Counted from the first letter of the stretch, positions 13,000 through 26,271 are shown. The stretch is DNA of 56,607 nucleotides from Octopus bimaculoides (GCF_001194135.2 NC_068990.1:87091420-87148026), one strand, 5' to 3'. Numbers and translations are program-made. Notes: generated by a model from the sequence alone, not told the origin.

Positions 13000-13508
13000 G
13001 TGTGTGTGTGTCCGTGTATGTATACATACATACATACATACACGCATACATACATACATACATACATACATACATACATACATACATACGTACATACATA
13101 CATACGGGCTGCACTTCATAATATAGCTTTAGATTTTAATCGAAAACTATAAATAAACACATTTAAAAAAAAACGTCTTTATCTGCAATGTTTCGACGAC
13201 AGAGAAAGTGGGTTCATCCGAAATAGTTCCATTAATGCATTAGATTTTATCAGCAACCATCTTTAATTATCCATGGAGACACAACTTATAAACTCAGTAT
13301 TATTAAATGTATTAGTAAATAGGATTGACCAGTTTGCATGTATGATATATTCTTGGTAGCTTATATGATAAATAAATTGTTGAAGCATTAACAGCATCTT
13401 GTTTCATTGCTATACAATAACAAGATATCTCTAAAGATTTTAAGACAATAGTCTATATTTAGTGAAATGTGAATACTGTTGACGCATCAGTAAGCCATTT
13501 GTATGTTT

Positions 13509-13574
<66 letters not shown>

Positions 13575-13577
<3 letters not shown>

Positions 13578-13815
13578 CACGAGATCGTGATTTCGGTCAC
13601 CACACTGGGCGGTGCGTTGTGTTCTTGTGCAGAGCTCTTTATTTTACATTGCTCTGCAATTATTTCGACATCTGGCGTGTAGCAGACTTGCGCATCTGGA
13701 AGGAACGAGTTTATGTGAAACAATAGCATTTGATCACTATAAGCAAGTCATCTACGCAATTATTCGGCGAGAAATTGCGGAACCCTCGTACATCGGCTAA
13801 CGACGGCGAAGTCCA
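13575..13815 (+). mobile_element. 5'-degraded SINE (family E, B-like head with a different tail)
   Basis: cacgagatcgtgatttcgg...gcgttgtgttcttgtgcagagctctttattttacattgctc resembles the family B head and core; the tail differs until a B-like end (ccctcgtacatcggctaacgacgg). Confidence 0.65.
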
Positions 13816-13896
13816 TAGTATATGAATATATATGATAAAGGCGAAATTCTGTTTGTCTGGGACCCTTGTATCTCTGTCGACATTTGCTCTATTTAG

Positions 13897-14011
13897 ACAT
13901 TATACCTTCTTGAACTCGAGAGGATCTCGGGAATGAAAATCTTCACTTTGGTTCTTGAACATCCAGCATTGGGTTCTGATTTAAGAGCATTTGGGCTGCT
14001 ATTTCCAGCAA
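13897..14011 (+). CDS. Candidate internal exon, gene 1 (115 nt, phase 0 to 1; TLYLLELERISGMKIFTLVLEHPALGSDLRAFGLLFPA)
   Basis: Acceptor gacatttgctctatttag, donor CAA|GTAAGG; only one frame is open and its exit phase matches exon 21395. Confidence 0.5.
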
Positions 14012-14282
14012 GTAAGGCTTGGCTGATTCATGCCATCTTAGTTGGCGTTTGTTAGATGACGTCAGAGATCAAGCGGGAGATAAGTGACATTCGCTTCGTT
14101 AATTTTACGTTGAGATAAAATCTCTGGGACAAATTAGCCAACAGAATTCAAATTGGGACTGGAAAATAGAATGATTACATTACAGAATTAATTCTCATCC
14201 GTTTTTAACCTCTGATCAAACACCACCGAGACATATAGTCATTATAGACGTCTTATAGTCATGCTGGTGAGTGGGTGTGCGT

Positions 14283-14410
14283 GCACGACGGTCTTCCACG
14301 CAGTTTCGTTCACCAAATTCTGTTGAGAATGCTTTAGTCGATCGGAAGCTATGGTAAGATAACACTTGCTCTACATTCCACAGAAGGGATCCGCATCAGA
14401 CCCATGTGCC
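14283..14410 (-). mobile_element. Old family A SINE head
   Basis: cacgacggtcttccacgcagtttcgttcaccaaattc...gctttagtcgatcggaagctatggtaagataacacttgc is a decayed reverse complement of family A. Confidence 0.6.
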
Positions 14411-15740
14411 CTGTTATACATTGTTTCTCATATGTACTTAGGAATGCCTATAAGAAAAATTTCTGGTGTGTTTCATTCGGAACTATGTTTCTCATATTAC
14501 ACCTATCATCTTAATAAATTATACCTTGGTTAATGTAGTCTTACATATCTCTAAGTATATGAAATGGTCAACACTGTAATAAATTTTATTAAATTCTACC
14601 TGATCTGGGTTGAACTTAAATTAAGCAAGAACAGATAAATCCGATTGTTGTTAGTTTATTTACAAAAGAATACAGACAGACTTGGCAACAGAGCAATTGT
14701 GACAGATTAGATTTATCTTAGAAAACAGATTTTCAACAACCTATTACAACGAAGAACATGCAAAAAGTAGCTTTAACGAGAAACTAGTATATATATATAT
14801 ACTACTGCAGAAACAAAAAGCGGAATATAGTCTGGCTCAATCGACTCTTTCATATGAGCAAAATCTATCAATATAACAAGGACCTTCTGATCTCTATCAA
14901 AACATTTGTACACAAAACATTTGTACACATAAATAGAACAAACTCTTCAACACTAATAATGTTAATGTCAACTATTCTTGTCCAGATAATATTGATTCCC
15001 AGAGAGCAAAACACAAACGAAAACATAAACTCAGACAACTCCCATTCCAACCCCCAGTATACAACAGCACAAATTCTCAATGTTCCCTCTTAGAGAATCG
15101 TACCCCTTTAAATGCTCTTACATTCAATATCAACCGTGATCTCTGAGAGAAATTACGCAGCCCTCAAGGCAATCACCTTTACTAAACGAAACAACCAACG
15201 TTAGTTCATTCAAGTCATTGGAAAAGAGAGCGCCATCCTATGACTCTAATTTGGAAAAACAAAGAGACCGAGGATGTGAACGTGTTATCAAGCCCGACAA
15301 TATCGTGGACTGAGTTACTTAGCACGAAAGTCGCCAAAGATAACTCCTATTTTGACAACTGTGCATTCAAAATATCCATGAAACTTGCATAGTTAGAACA
15401 TTATAATCCTTACAGAATAACGAGTAGAGAGACCCATTGTCCTACGCCAATCTAGCTAGAGCTAGCAGCAACGGCAAAACCATCTACAAGTAAGCATCAC
15501 AAGCTATTACACGACAATTCTCCAGTTCAAACCAGTTTCATGCCAATGCATATTTTCTTTCCAGTGTCTTTCACTTAATATGCTTTCATCGATGCGCGAA
15601 CACGCGTACGTGGTAGGAAAACTGTAGCAGAGGCGGGGACCATCAATACTGATACATAATTAATATATACTATGGATCACGAATTCAGTATCTTTTCTTT
15701 CATTTGTAAACGAAAGCATAACACATCCATATATCTATCC

Positions 15741-15781
<41 letters not shown>

Positions 15782-15864
15782 CATATATACATACATGTGC
15801 ATACATGAATATGTGTATGTATACACAGAGAGAAAGAGAGCAAAATAGATAGATGGATTGATAA

Positions 15865-15926
<62 letters not shown>

Positions 15927-16032
15927 GCATACATGCATACATATACAAGTCTGGATGTGTATATAGAGGGAGACAAACAGACACAGAGACACACAGAGAG
16001 AAAGAGACACATACATACAGAGACAAAAATAG

Positions 16033-16071
<39 letters not shown>

Positions 16072-17222
16072 NNNNNNNNNNNNNNNNNNNNNNNNNNNNN
16101 NNNNNNNNNNNNNNNNNNNNNNNNNNNNNNNNNNNNNNNNNNNNNNNNNNNNNNNNNNNNNNNNNNNNNNNNNNNNNNNNNNNNNNNNNNNNNNNNNNNN
16201 NNNNNNNNNNNNNNNNNNNNNNNNNNNNNNNNNNNNNNNNNNNNNNNNNNNNNNNNNNNNNNNNNNNNNNNNNNNNNNNNNNNNNNNNNNNNNNNNNNNN
16301 NNNNNNNNNNNNNNNNNNNNNNNNNNNNNNNNNNNNNNNNNNNNNNNNNNNNNNNNNNNNNNNNNNNNNNNNNNNNNNNNNNNNNNNNNNNNNNNNNNNN
16401 NNNNNNNNNNNNNNNNNNNNNNNNNNNNNNNNNNNNNNNNNNNNNNNNNNNNNNNNNNNNNNNNNNNNNNNNNNNNNNNNNNNNNNNNNNNNNNNNNNNN
16501 NNNNNNNNNNNNNNNNNNNNNNNNNNNNNNNNNNNNNNNNNNNNNNNNNNNNNNNNNNNNNNNNNNNNNNNNNNNNNNNNNNNNNNNNNNNNNNNNNNNN
16601 NNNNNNNNNNNNNNNNNNNNNNNNNNNNNNNNNNNNNNNNNNNNNNNNNNNNNNNNNNNNNNNNNNNNNNNNNNNNNNNNNNNNNNNNNNNNNNNNNNNN
16701 NNNNNNNNNNNNNNNNNNNNNNNNNNNNNNNNNNNNNNNNNNNNNNNNNNNNNNNNNNNNNNNNNNNNNNNNNNNNNNNNNNNNNNNNNNNNNNNNNNNN
16801 NNNNNNNNNNNNNNNNNNNNNNNNNNNNNNNNNNNNNNNNNNNNNNNNNNNNNNNNNNNNNNNNNNNNNNNNNNNNNNNNNNNNNNNNNNNNNNNNNNNN
16901 NNNNNNNNNNNNNNNNNNNNNNNNNNNNNNNNNNNNNNNNNNNNNNNNNNNNNNNNNNNNNCACACACACATACACACACACACATACACACACACACAT
17001 ACACACACATACACACATACACATACACACATACACACACACACATACACACACACGCACACACACATACACACACACACACATACACACACACACATAC
17101 ACACACACACACACATATACTCACACACATACACACACACACTCACACACACATATATATATAAAGATATCTTTCATCAACTCTTATTGCTGTTTGCTTT
17201 CCTCTTTGACGATTCCTTGCAG

Positions 17223-17290
17223 TGTCGTTTGGGTATTACTTATTCATTGGAATCATTGCAATTATCAGCTCTAGACTACAATAATATAAT
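17223..17290 (+). CDS. Candidate exon (68 nt, phase 0 to 2; CRLGITYSLESLQLSALDYNNI)
   Basis: Strong acceptor tttgctttcctctttgacgattccttgcag, donor AT|GTAATT; needs unseen neighbouring exons to fit the chain. Confidence 0.25.
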
Positions 17291-17386
17291 GTAATTTTGT
17301 CTCAGCTGGAGATAAATAAACTAAATATGTATGTATATATGTGTGTGTGTATGTACATATATATGTACGCAAATAGATACATACAT

Positions 17387-17552
17387 AGGCACAGTAGGAG
17401 TGGCTGTGTGGTAAGTAGCTTGCTTACCATCCACATGGTTCTTGTTTCGGTCCCACTGCGTGACACCTTGGGCAAGTGCCTTCTGCTATAGCCTCGGGCT
17501 GAGCAAAGCCTTGTGAATGGATTTGGTAGACGGAAACTGAAAGAAACCCGTC

Positions 17553-17555
<3 letters not shown>
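17387..17555 (+). mobile_element. Family A SINE head and core
   Basis: AGGAGTGGCTGTGTGGTAAGTAGC...CCTTGGGCAAGTGCCTTCTGCTATAGCCTCGGG...GGATTTGGTAGACGGAAACTGAAAGAAACCCGTCG, then (TA)n running into a gap. Confidence 0.9.
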
Positions 17556-17599
<44 letters not shown>

Positions 17600-17980
17600 N
17601 NNNNNNNNNNNNNNNNNNNNNNNNNNNNNNNNNNNNNNNNNNNNNNNNNNNNNNNNNNNNNNNNNNNNNNNNNNNNNNNNNNNNNNNNNNNNNNNNNNNN
17701 NNNNNNNNNNNNNNNNNNNNNNNNNNNNNNNNNNNNNNNNNNNNNNNNNNNNNNNNNNNNNNNNNNNNNNNNNNNNNNNNNNNNNNNNNNNNNNNNNNNN
17801 NNNNNNNNNNNNNNNNNNNNNNNNNNNNNNNNNNNNNNNNNNNNNNNNNNNNNNNNNNNNNNNNNNNNNNNNNNNNNNNNNNNNNNNNNNNNNTCCGATT
17901 AGTATTTGCAATGACGGGTTATTACCCTGAAACCCGATTCTGCACTGGTACTGTTAACTTCTTGCTCAGAGATTTAATAT

Positions 17981-18019
<39 letters not shown>

Positions 18020-18022
<3 letters not shown>

Positions 18023-18214
18023 TATGTTTGTCCCCCACCACCACCGCTTGATAACCGATGGTGGTGTGTTTACATCCCCGTCACTTAGCAATTTAGCAAA
18101 AGATTCCGATAGAATAAGTACTAGGCTTACAAAGAATAAGTTCTGGGATCGATTTGCTCGACTAAAGTGTGCTCCAGTATGGCCGTAGTCAAATGACTGA
18201 AACAAGTAAAAGAG
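18020..18214 (+). mobile_element. Family A SINE tail
   Basis: tgtttgtccccc...cgcttgataaccgatg...gatagaataagtactaggcttacaaagaataag...gtgctccagtatggccgtagtcaaatgactgaaacaagtaaaaga; homologous to 25640 and 48700. Confidence 0.9.
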
Positions 18215-19295
18215 ATATCCTGTTACCAGAATCTAAACAAAATTATATAAAAGGATATTGATATAACATTTTTACATTTTACGTAAGATGATGGCCTGAG
18301 GATTCTTCTATTAGATTACTTGTTTAAGAAGTTTTTTTCAGGAACTGCACCATTTATTGCATATTACGCATGTTTTATATGCTTCGAATGAGAGCTGTTC
18401 TTCCATCCATTTGTATCAGCAAATCTCTCGCTCAGAGTACCCCTGTAGCTTTCAAGTTGATTATCTTCCGATGGAGTATTTTTTGCAGTAATTGTGCTTT
18501 TAATAGACACATTTACGATATTTAACGAACAGAATTCACCGTATGGCATATGTTGTTGTTTTTGTTGGGTCTTTTTTTTCTTTCATTATACGTATTTGTT
18601 CCGTGGCTATTTTATTTCTTATTCAGACTTATATAATCGAAATGAAACTCTGAAAGGTTTTCAGACTCTGAGTCCTAAATAGCTTTTCTAAATTTATTCC
18701 TTGTTTTGCGTTTTAAATACATTTGTGGATTTGTGCATATATATATATATGTGTGTGTATGTGTGCGTGGGACCTTGCCTGTACGTTTGTGTATGCGTGT
18801 ATATATGTATGTTAAAAATATACATATGTACTTACATGCATTATCATTTATATCAATATGCATGCATGCATGTATGTATGTATGTATATATGTACAAATA
18901 TGTATGTATGTATGTATGTATGCATGTATGTATGTATGCACAAATATGTATGTATGTATGTATGAGTAAGTTTAAAGTTGATTTACTGAATACCATTTAC
19001 TCAAAAATTCTAAATTCTTCAAAATTACCCTCTTCGACGGAGAAAAGAAACAAGAATTTTTAGTCACTCACAATGGAATTTATTAAAGGGAGATTATTCA
19101 AAGAAATCAGGAACAAATTTCACAAGCTGACTTACATACCTCGGGAATAAAGAGCTCCGATTTTGGTTTGCAGTCAAGGACAGCAACAGAGATATGCTAT
19201 GATCTGTTTGACTTCGTAGGCAGAGTACACGTTAACTCGCTTTGCTGATTATTGGATAGATTTTTACGTATACAGAGACAGACAGTCAGACAGAC

Positions 19296-19356
<61 letters not shown>

Positions 19357-19891
19357 CAAACACATACAACAGATACATATATCTATACATGTGTGGTGTG
19401 CGTGTGTGTTTGCGTGTTTGTGTGTGCATGTGTGTATCATATGTATGTATGTATGTATGTTTGTATGTATGTATGTATGTATGTATGTATATATGTATGT
19501 ATGTATGTTTGTATGTATGTATGTATGTATGTATGTATGTATGTTTTCAGTTCTGCTATTAATCAACACCAGGCCTCAAACTAAACATGTTTGCATGTAT
19601 GTAATCATTAAACGAATATCGGTAACACTGCGTCAGATTAATTAATTAATGAAGACAATAAATATATCTATCGACGTCTGCAATGTCTGCCGTCTGTATA
19701 ATATATAACACGCTAGCTTATCGAACATTGAATAAACGACTGGAATAGCTATGACGACATTACTCTAGCATGACTACAGTCTGCTTCTTGAACGAATACA
19801 ACTGTTATTGATGTCAAACGATATAAAAGCTACATGGCCGTTTGTGATTGACACTGGATAACAGAAAGATCTATTGATAGAAGTACGGAGA

Positions 19892-19995
19892 GTGTTTGAA
19901 CACCACCATGGAGTTTGAACACCACCATGGAGTTTGAACACCACCATGGAGTTTGAACACCACCATGGAGTTTGAACACCACCATGGAGTTTGAA
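19892..19995. repeat. 19-bp minisatellite (GAGTTTGAACACCACCATG) x5.5
   Basis: Five contiguous units (the first has one mismatch) plus a partial unit; no spacers. Confidence 0.95.
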
Positions 19996-20044
19996 AAAGA
20001 TACAAACAATTTTTATTTTTCACGAAATTATGTTGTTATTCTTT

Positions 20045-20215
20045 TAATTGGTTTCAGTAATTGAACTGTGGCTATATTGGAATAACACTTGCTGGAGTAA
20101 ATTAGAATACGTTGATGATTTCAGTGTTAATTTCATTAATTCTGGAAGTGGGAACGGCGAGCTTAATCTAGTAGTATTTGAGCTCAGAATTTAAAGAGAT
20201 GCAACCAGATTCCAC
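20045..20215 (-). mobile_element. Degenerate SINE with C-like head and A-like tail
   Basis: gtttcagtaattgaactgtggctatattgga matches the reverse of the A tail; atttgagctcagaatttaaagag matches the reverse of the C B-box region. Confidence 0.45.
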
Positions 20216-20356
20216 AATAGAACTAAGTTGGATTTAACTCAGAAAGTACATACATGCATAATACATACATACATGCATACATACATACATACATACATAC
20301 ATGCATACATACATACATACATACATACATACATACATACATACATACATACATGC

Positions 20357-20468
20357 AATAATACCCTGTTGTTGATGTTGAAATTCCAATGAAGGAGCCT
20401 TGGATCTAGGTTAGAAACCGGTTCTTTCTCTTTTGGCAAGAAATCTTGAAATAAACTGAATAATGACA
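20357..20468. mobile_element. Dispersed repeat family F (3' part)
   Basis: gttgaaattccaatgaagg...ttctttctc...caagaaatcttg.aat.aaactgaat is also present at about 55820-55915; both copies sit within (TACA)n. Confidence 0.75.
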
Positions 20469-21394
20469 TACATACGTGCATACATACATATTGAAGACAC
20501 AATTGGAACCTTTATTTCACTCGTCCTTTAGGTTCAGTTCAGAAAAGTAGCATTCCTAAACCTATTAATATTTCTATGGATTCTTGGATTATCTTCTATT
20601 AGTGTTTATTTACTGCCACATTTATAGTGAACACCTGGCATCAGAGGAAAACAATACCGTTAAGATATCGTGTATAGTGTATCTCGATAAGATATGATAC
20701 CGATAAAGCATCAGAAGAAAACGATATCGGTAATATCAGCATCGCAAGATGTAAAGTACAAACCATTAACTCAAACATAGTTTCAATAATTATCAATTAT
20801 CTTAGTTTTTTGCAATATTACTGAATTTTCCTGTCTATTTTGCTGGTTTGTATTTTACTGTTAATAAAGTTTCTGCTGTTAATCCGCTAATTTATTTTTT
20901 ATGAAATTCTATACAGAATGATATTATTCTCAGCTAGTTTCTTTATTGTTTTATGTCTCTACAATGACTTCTTGTTACGAATGCTTAGTCAACAAACGAG
21001 AAAGCGTCGTACGCATTTTCAGATGTTATTTTGAAGCATGAAGCTTATAATTTTTATATTTACCTCGAAATATCAATCAATGTAAGCGTATGTGTAAGTA
21101 TATGTATATGTGTGTGTATTCGATGCGCATGTGTTTATATTTGATATGTATGTGTGTATGCATGTGTGTATGTGTATATGTGTGTATGTGTGTATGTGAG
21201 TGTGTAACAGTTACAAGCTTTACTTTGGTTAATTATATAAACGAGCAAATACTTGAGGGTAGAATCGATCGTAAAACTGATTTCACGAAATCATTAAGTA
21301 CTGCTATATGATACTATGTTTGCCTCTATGTACATCTATGTCCGTTTGCGTATGGCTACATGCATTCATCTCAGTATTCTTTTGGATATTTCAG

Positions 21395-21532
21395 ATAACA
21401 GCCGTTCGACAGGTCGAGGTTATCAACGACTGTGTCAGAAAGATGCAGACACGGACAGAAAATCAGAAACCGAACACAGTACGGAAGATTCCGAAGATTC
21501 AAATCTAGAAGATGGTTCCGATAGTGAATTTG
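21395..21532 (+). CDS. Internal exon, gene 1 (138 nt, phase 1 to 1; xNSRSTGRGYQRLCQKDADTDRKSETEHSTEDSEDSNLEDGSDSEF)
   Basis: Acceptor ttcttttggatatttcag, consensus donor TTG|GTAAGT, open frame, purine-rich and coding-like, joins in frame to 32106. Confidence 0.75.
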
Positions 21533-21657
21533 GTAAGTATCAGTTCATATTAACGCTATCCACCACCACCACCACCTTTACAGTTTTCATATTCCAAATT
21601 CTCACAATTGCAAATTTTAATGGATTATATTTTTATTATATTGTAATTAAAAAAAAG

Positions 21658-21860
21658 AGGCGGGATGGCAGAATCGTTAGCACGCCAGGCAAAATGCTTA
21701 GTGCATTTTGTCTGTTTTTACGTTCGGAGTTCAAATGCCACGAAAGCCTACTTTACCTTTTATCCTTTCGGGGTCGATAGAATAAGTGCCAATTGAGCAC
21801 TTGGGTTGACTTTCCCCTTCCCCCGAAATTACTGGCCTTGTGCCAAAATATGAAACCATT
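21658..21860 (+). mobile_element. Family C SINE
   Basis: ggcagaatcgttagcacgccaggcaaaatgcttag...cggagttcaaat...tcctttcggggtcgatagaataagt...ctggccttgtgccaaaatatgaaacca. Confidence 0.85.
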
Positions 21861-22152
21861 ATTATTGTTATTGTTGTTGTTGTTATTGCTTATTCAGTTT
21901 GAAATGCAATCCACCTTTGATGTATATTTTATTTAAAATATGACGAAGTGTCAACCGTCGCGTCGTTGGTTACATGTTTCCAGTGCGTCAGTCTCTTCGC
22001 TGGTTTCACTGGGTTTCTGGCAGAGGAAATTCCAAGAGAATGTCTTTAACTTGTAAACAAATATCTCAAAGAACTTCATTAGTATAGCAGGGTTTGTTTT
22101 TTTATTCGATTTTCTCGACGATGCTAAGTAATTGCCAACGATATACACACAC

Positions 22153-22310
22153 GAGGGACGTCCTTCTAGTTTCTGTGTCATATTCTATTCACAAATTATT
22201 GGTCAATCCGATACTATATTGGAAGACAATTGCCCAAAGGGCTTGTTTAAAGAAATCGAAATCAGAATCACGTGATTACAAAGCCAAATTCTTAACCACA
22301 CAGACATGTC
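22153..22310 (-). mobile_element. Old family A SINE head
   Basis: Decayed reverse complement of family A (ttctagtttctgtg...ggaagacaattgcccaaag...ttcttaaccacacagacatg). Confidence 0.55.
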
Positions 22311-23094
22311 TACACTTTCCAGGCCATCATAGTAATATATGCAATTAAATTTAATATTTTGAGAACTCTTTGCTGCTAAATCAATAATATATTCCTATAA
22401 AAGAATTTAACCTTATTTGACCTCCCAATAATACAGCGTCCTTCAACCTTGGAAGAAAAAAATCAATTACATTTGGCAATCATGCACCACACACTCACAG
22501 TACTGATTCTAAAATATAGCTGGCAACGATTTGGCGTCTGACCAATTACATAGCAAATTGTAGTCTCAACAGGATCTTTGCTTTCTGTTCCTGCCCTAAA
22601 TATATCCTATAATAAAAGAGCATCATACGTGGATCAGAGTAAACTATGGCTCCGAAATATATCAAATATTATTGACAAGATTGTACAGAAATAGCAGAGG
22701 GAGGTTAATATGTTTTAATGCCAAATCTTACTGAGTTAAGCCTGTCTTAAAAGTAGAGTAAGCAGAAGTGAATATTTCTATTTTGATTATTTTGATTTTT
22801 TATATACTAACGAAGCGGGTGGCCAAACAATTTACCTTCCTTTGTTTCTAATAACTGTATTAAAGAAAATGGAAGGATGGCATCAGCAAGACAAAAATAA
22901 ATAAGTTAAATCGCTTTATAGACACCAAAAGTCTGCTAGGTTAATGTCTTGTTCGTTGTGGTTGGTTTGAAGCAGATGACAGAGAAAATTTTCCCTTGAA
23001 TGGAGCGTCAGTTCATAGAATACTAAAATCCCCAACTCTGGGAAACTTCGGACCAAACTTCTTAACCTTTTTAAAACATCTAAATGAACGAGAT

Positions 23095-23270
23095 CGTTTA
23101 ACCTGACAGAAATAGCAGCTAAAATACTGTACAAATCACATGCTTCTTACTTACAAGAGAAATAACATGTTGGACAAAATAATGTTTGGAAAAAGAACAA
23201 TAGCCACGACTGGAATAGTTTTGATCATTGTCTACGCAATAAGGGTTGACCTAGGGTGAAGCAACAATTA
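23095..23270 (+). mobile_element. Old dispersed repeat (family D, SINE-like)
   Basis: agaaatagcagctaaa...aaatcaca...ttggacaaaat...cacgactggaatagttttgatcat...gggttgacctaggg..aagcaacaa; similar to 36130, 43945 and 46645. Confidence 0.55.
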
Positions 23271-25566
23271 GACAAGACTCTTAGAGTATCTTGCTTCGTT
23301 ATCTCCACGATTTGCATTTAAGTCCTCCCACCAACCTCATTTTGTCTTCTATCATTTTAGGGTCTATAAAATATGAACCTAGCCTTTGCTGAGTAGTACC
23401 GACTTCATTTTTTCCTGCATAAGAATTAACAAACAACGCTATTGCATTCTATCTATGGATACAGATGTCTAATGTCTTCTTAAGGCAAGACTAATACCTC
23501 AGATTTCAGGTAGCAAAATCAGGAAAATAACGAAGGATATGCCTCTGGGCATTATTAGACTGTGCAAAACTGCAAATATTTCGCTAAAATGTGGATATTA
23601 TCCTTGTGTAGTTGGGCATTGTTGTAATATCAATATTTTCCAGCGTTTTCCGCATTTTTCTCAAAATGACATTTCTGACTATGAGTAGCAATCTTTAGGT
23701 CACGATATCTCTGAGAATAATTGATGTAATAAGCTGCAATTTTGCATGTATATTACTTTGATACTTGCCTAGATTTTGTTTTAGTGTGATTAGATGCACT
23801 TCATTTGTTCAACTTCCATAGATACCCAAATGCTACTACCCAGGGGTCAAAAATGCTTGAACTGCATATGGCTATGAGCGACCCCACAAAATAATCTAGG
23901 CCAACTTCATCATTGTCTTTGATTCAACATCTAGTCTGTACCCCAATCTGTTGGCATTCCGAATTAGAGCGTATTATCTTTGATAGTTTGGTAGAAAAAC
24001 TGACCTAAAATAAAGGTGTTTGCCTTGTCGGTCATTTTGAATTTAGAATTAGGTCATGAATAGATAATGTGGAAATTTGAATGTTATATGTTTTGATAGA
24101 ACTAACATTGGTTTTGACGTATGCCATATTTGGTTTGTTTGGATTTTATTCCCGCTGAGTGAGAGCATCTTGAATTTAGGAGTGCTTTCCTGAAAAGAGT
24201 CACGGACGCTGCCATTCGCTTTTTGATTAAATCATATAAAAATTCGAGGTAATAGTTAAATCTGGAATGTCATTTAATCATAGTCATAAATCTGTGTGTT
24301 CAGAACTCCAGTCTCTGGCTCTTGGGTGAGCTTTCTGCTCTTTTTGCTTTTTCTACCGCTTCTTTAATGACCTCTCCTCCTTGAATACGATTGAACTCAT
24401 AGTAGACCCCATTAAACATTTCCATTACACGGAGAGAATATTTTGTTTTCGATTCGGTCTAATATAAATGTTTGGTCTGCTAAGTCTAAATAAATAAACA
24501 CCAGCTATACGCGTTGGAATATTTTAATTAACTAGCTCATGCCAATCCAAGAAATTTCTGATCCTGTAGAGTGTTTATGATTTAAGATACAAACAAGGCT
24601 GACCGAGATTACTTATTGACTTATTATCTACAAGTTTTGTTGTATAGTTCGTATTTATCAGTAATAATAAAATGTATTGATGCGATATCAGTGTATGTGA
24701 GTGTGTGTGTGTAGTGTATCTGAAGATACAGACCACCATAAGGTTCCTCAGGTCAGACTGTTTACCGTGTGTGTGTGTGTGTGTGNNNNNNNNNNNNNNN
24801 NNNNNNNNNNNNNNNNNNNNNNNNNNNNNNNNNNNNNNNNNNNNNNNNNNNNNNNNNNNNNNNNNNNNNNNNNNNNNNNNNNNNNNNNNNNNNNNNNNNN
24901 NNNNNNNNNNNNNNNNNNNNNNNNNNNNNNNNNNNNNNNNNNNNNNNNNNNNNNNNNNNNNNNNNNNNNNNNNNNNNNNNNNNNNNNNNNNNNNNNNNNN
25001 NNNNNNNNNNNNNNNNNNNNNNNNNNNNNNNNNNNNNNNNNNNNNNNNNNNNNNNNNNNNNNNNNNNNNNNNNNNNNNNNNNNNNNNNNNNNNNNNNNNN
25101 NNNNNNNNNNNNNNNNNNNNNNNNNNNNNNNNNNNNNNNNNNNNNNNNNNNNNNNNNNNNNNNNNNNNNNNNNNNNNNNNNNNNNNNNNNNNNNNNNNNN
25201 NNNNNNNNNNNNNNNNNNNNNNNNNNNNNNNNNNNNNNNNNNNNNNNNNNNNNNNNNNNNNNNNNNNNNNNNNNNNNNNNNNNNNNNNNNNNNNNNNNNN
25301 NNNNNNNNNNNNNNNNNNNNNNNNNNNNNNNNNNNNNNNNNNNNNNNNNNNNNNNNNNNNNNNNNNNNNNNNNNNNNNNNNNNNNNNNNNNNNNNNNNNN
25401 NNNNNNNNNNNNNNNNNNNNNNNNNNNNNNNNNNNNNNNNNNNNNNNNNNNNNNNNNNNNNNNNNNNNNNNNNNNNNNNNNNNNNNNNNNNNNNNNNNNN
25501 NNNNNNNNNNNNNNNNNNNNNNNNNNNNNNNNNNNNNNNNNNNNNNNNNNNNNNNNNNNNNNNNNN

Positions 25567-25636
<70 letters not shown>

Positions 25637-25639
25637 ATG

Positions 25640-25843
25640 TATGTGTGTGTGGGTTTGTCACCCCAACATCGCTTGACATGCGATGCTGGTGTGTTTACGT
25701 CCCCGTAGCTTAGCGGTTCGGTAAAAAGAGACCGATAGAATAAGTACTAGGCTTACAAAGAATAATTACTGGGGTTGATTTGCTCGACTAAAAGGCGGTG
25801 CTCCAGTATGGCCACAGTCAAATGACTGAAACAAGCAAAAGAA
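25640..25843 (+). mobile_element. Family A SINE tail
   Basis: tttgtcaccccaacatcgcttgaca...gagaccgatagaataagtactagg...ggcggtgctccagtatggccacagtcaaatgactgaaacaag, preceded by (TG)n and a gap. Confidence 0.9.
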
Positions 25844-26221
25844 TATATTTATATTATATTATACTATATATATGTATAATATAATATAATATATATGTGT
25901 GTGTGTATGTGTGTGTGAAAGCGAGAGAGGGAGAGAGAGAAAATATGTATGTATATTTCTGCAAGTAGAGGACAATTTTCTTTCGAACATGCTTATATTG
26001 AAGACACAAATGTATTCGACTTTAATCTTTTTTGTTAATGATTTTTCATATGTTCGATGTTAGTCCTTTGTGTTTTTCAAACAATGATGTTCCTAAGTCC
26101 ATTAAGCTAACTAAACCTTGTTGTTCTCATCTTCTGAATGAAGTCGTCATAGCGACGTGTTGTTATAGCATATTCCGTAGCGATCGACAGCGGATCAGTT
26201 TGCAATAAAATCAACTTGAGA

Positions 26222-26271
<50 letters not shown>

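Noticed and set aside
13185-13225. Further hammerhead-like string (CGGATGA…CGAAACATT, - strand)
   Set aside because: No convincing stem I or stem II pairing.
19892-19995. CRISPR-like repeat array
   Set aside because: The units are contiguous with no spacers, there are no cas genes, and the context is eukaryotic.
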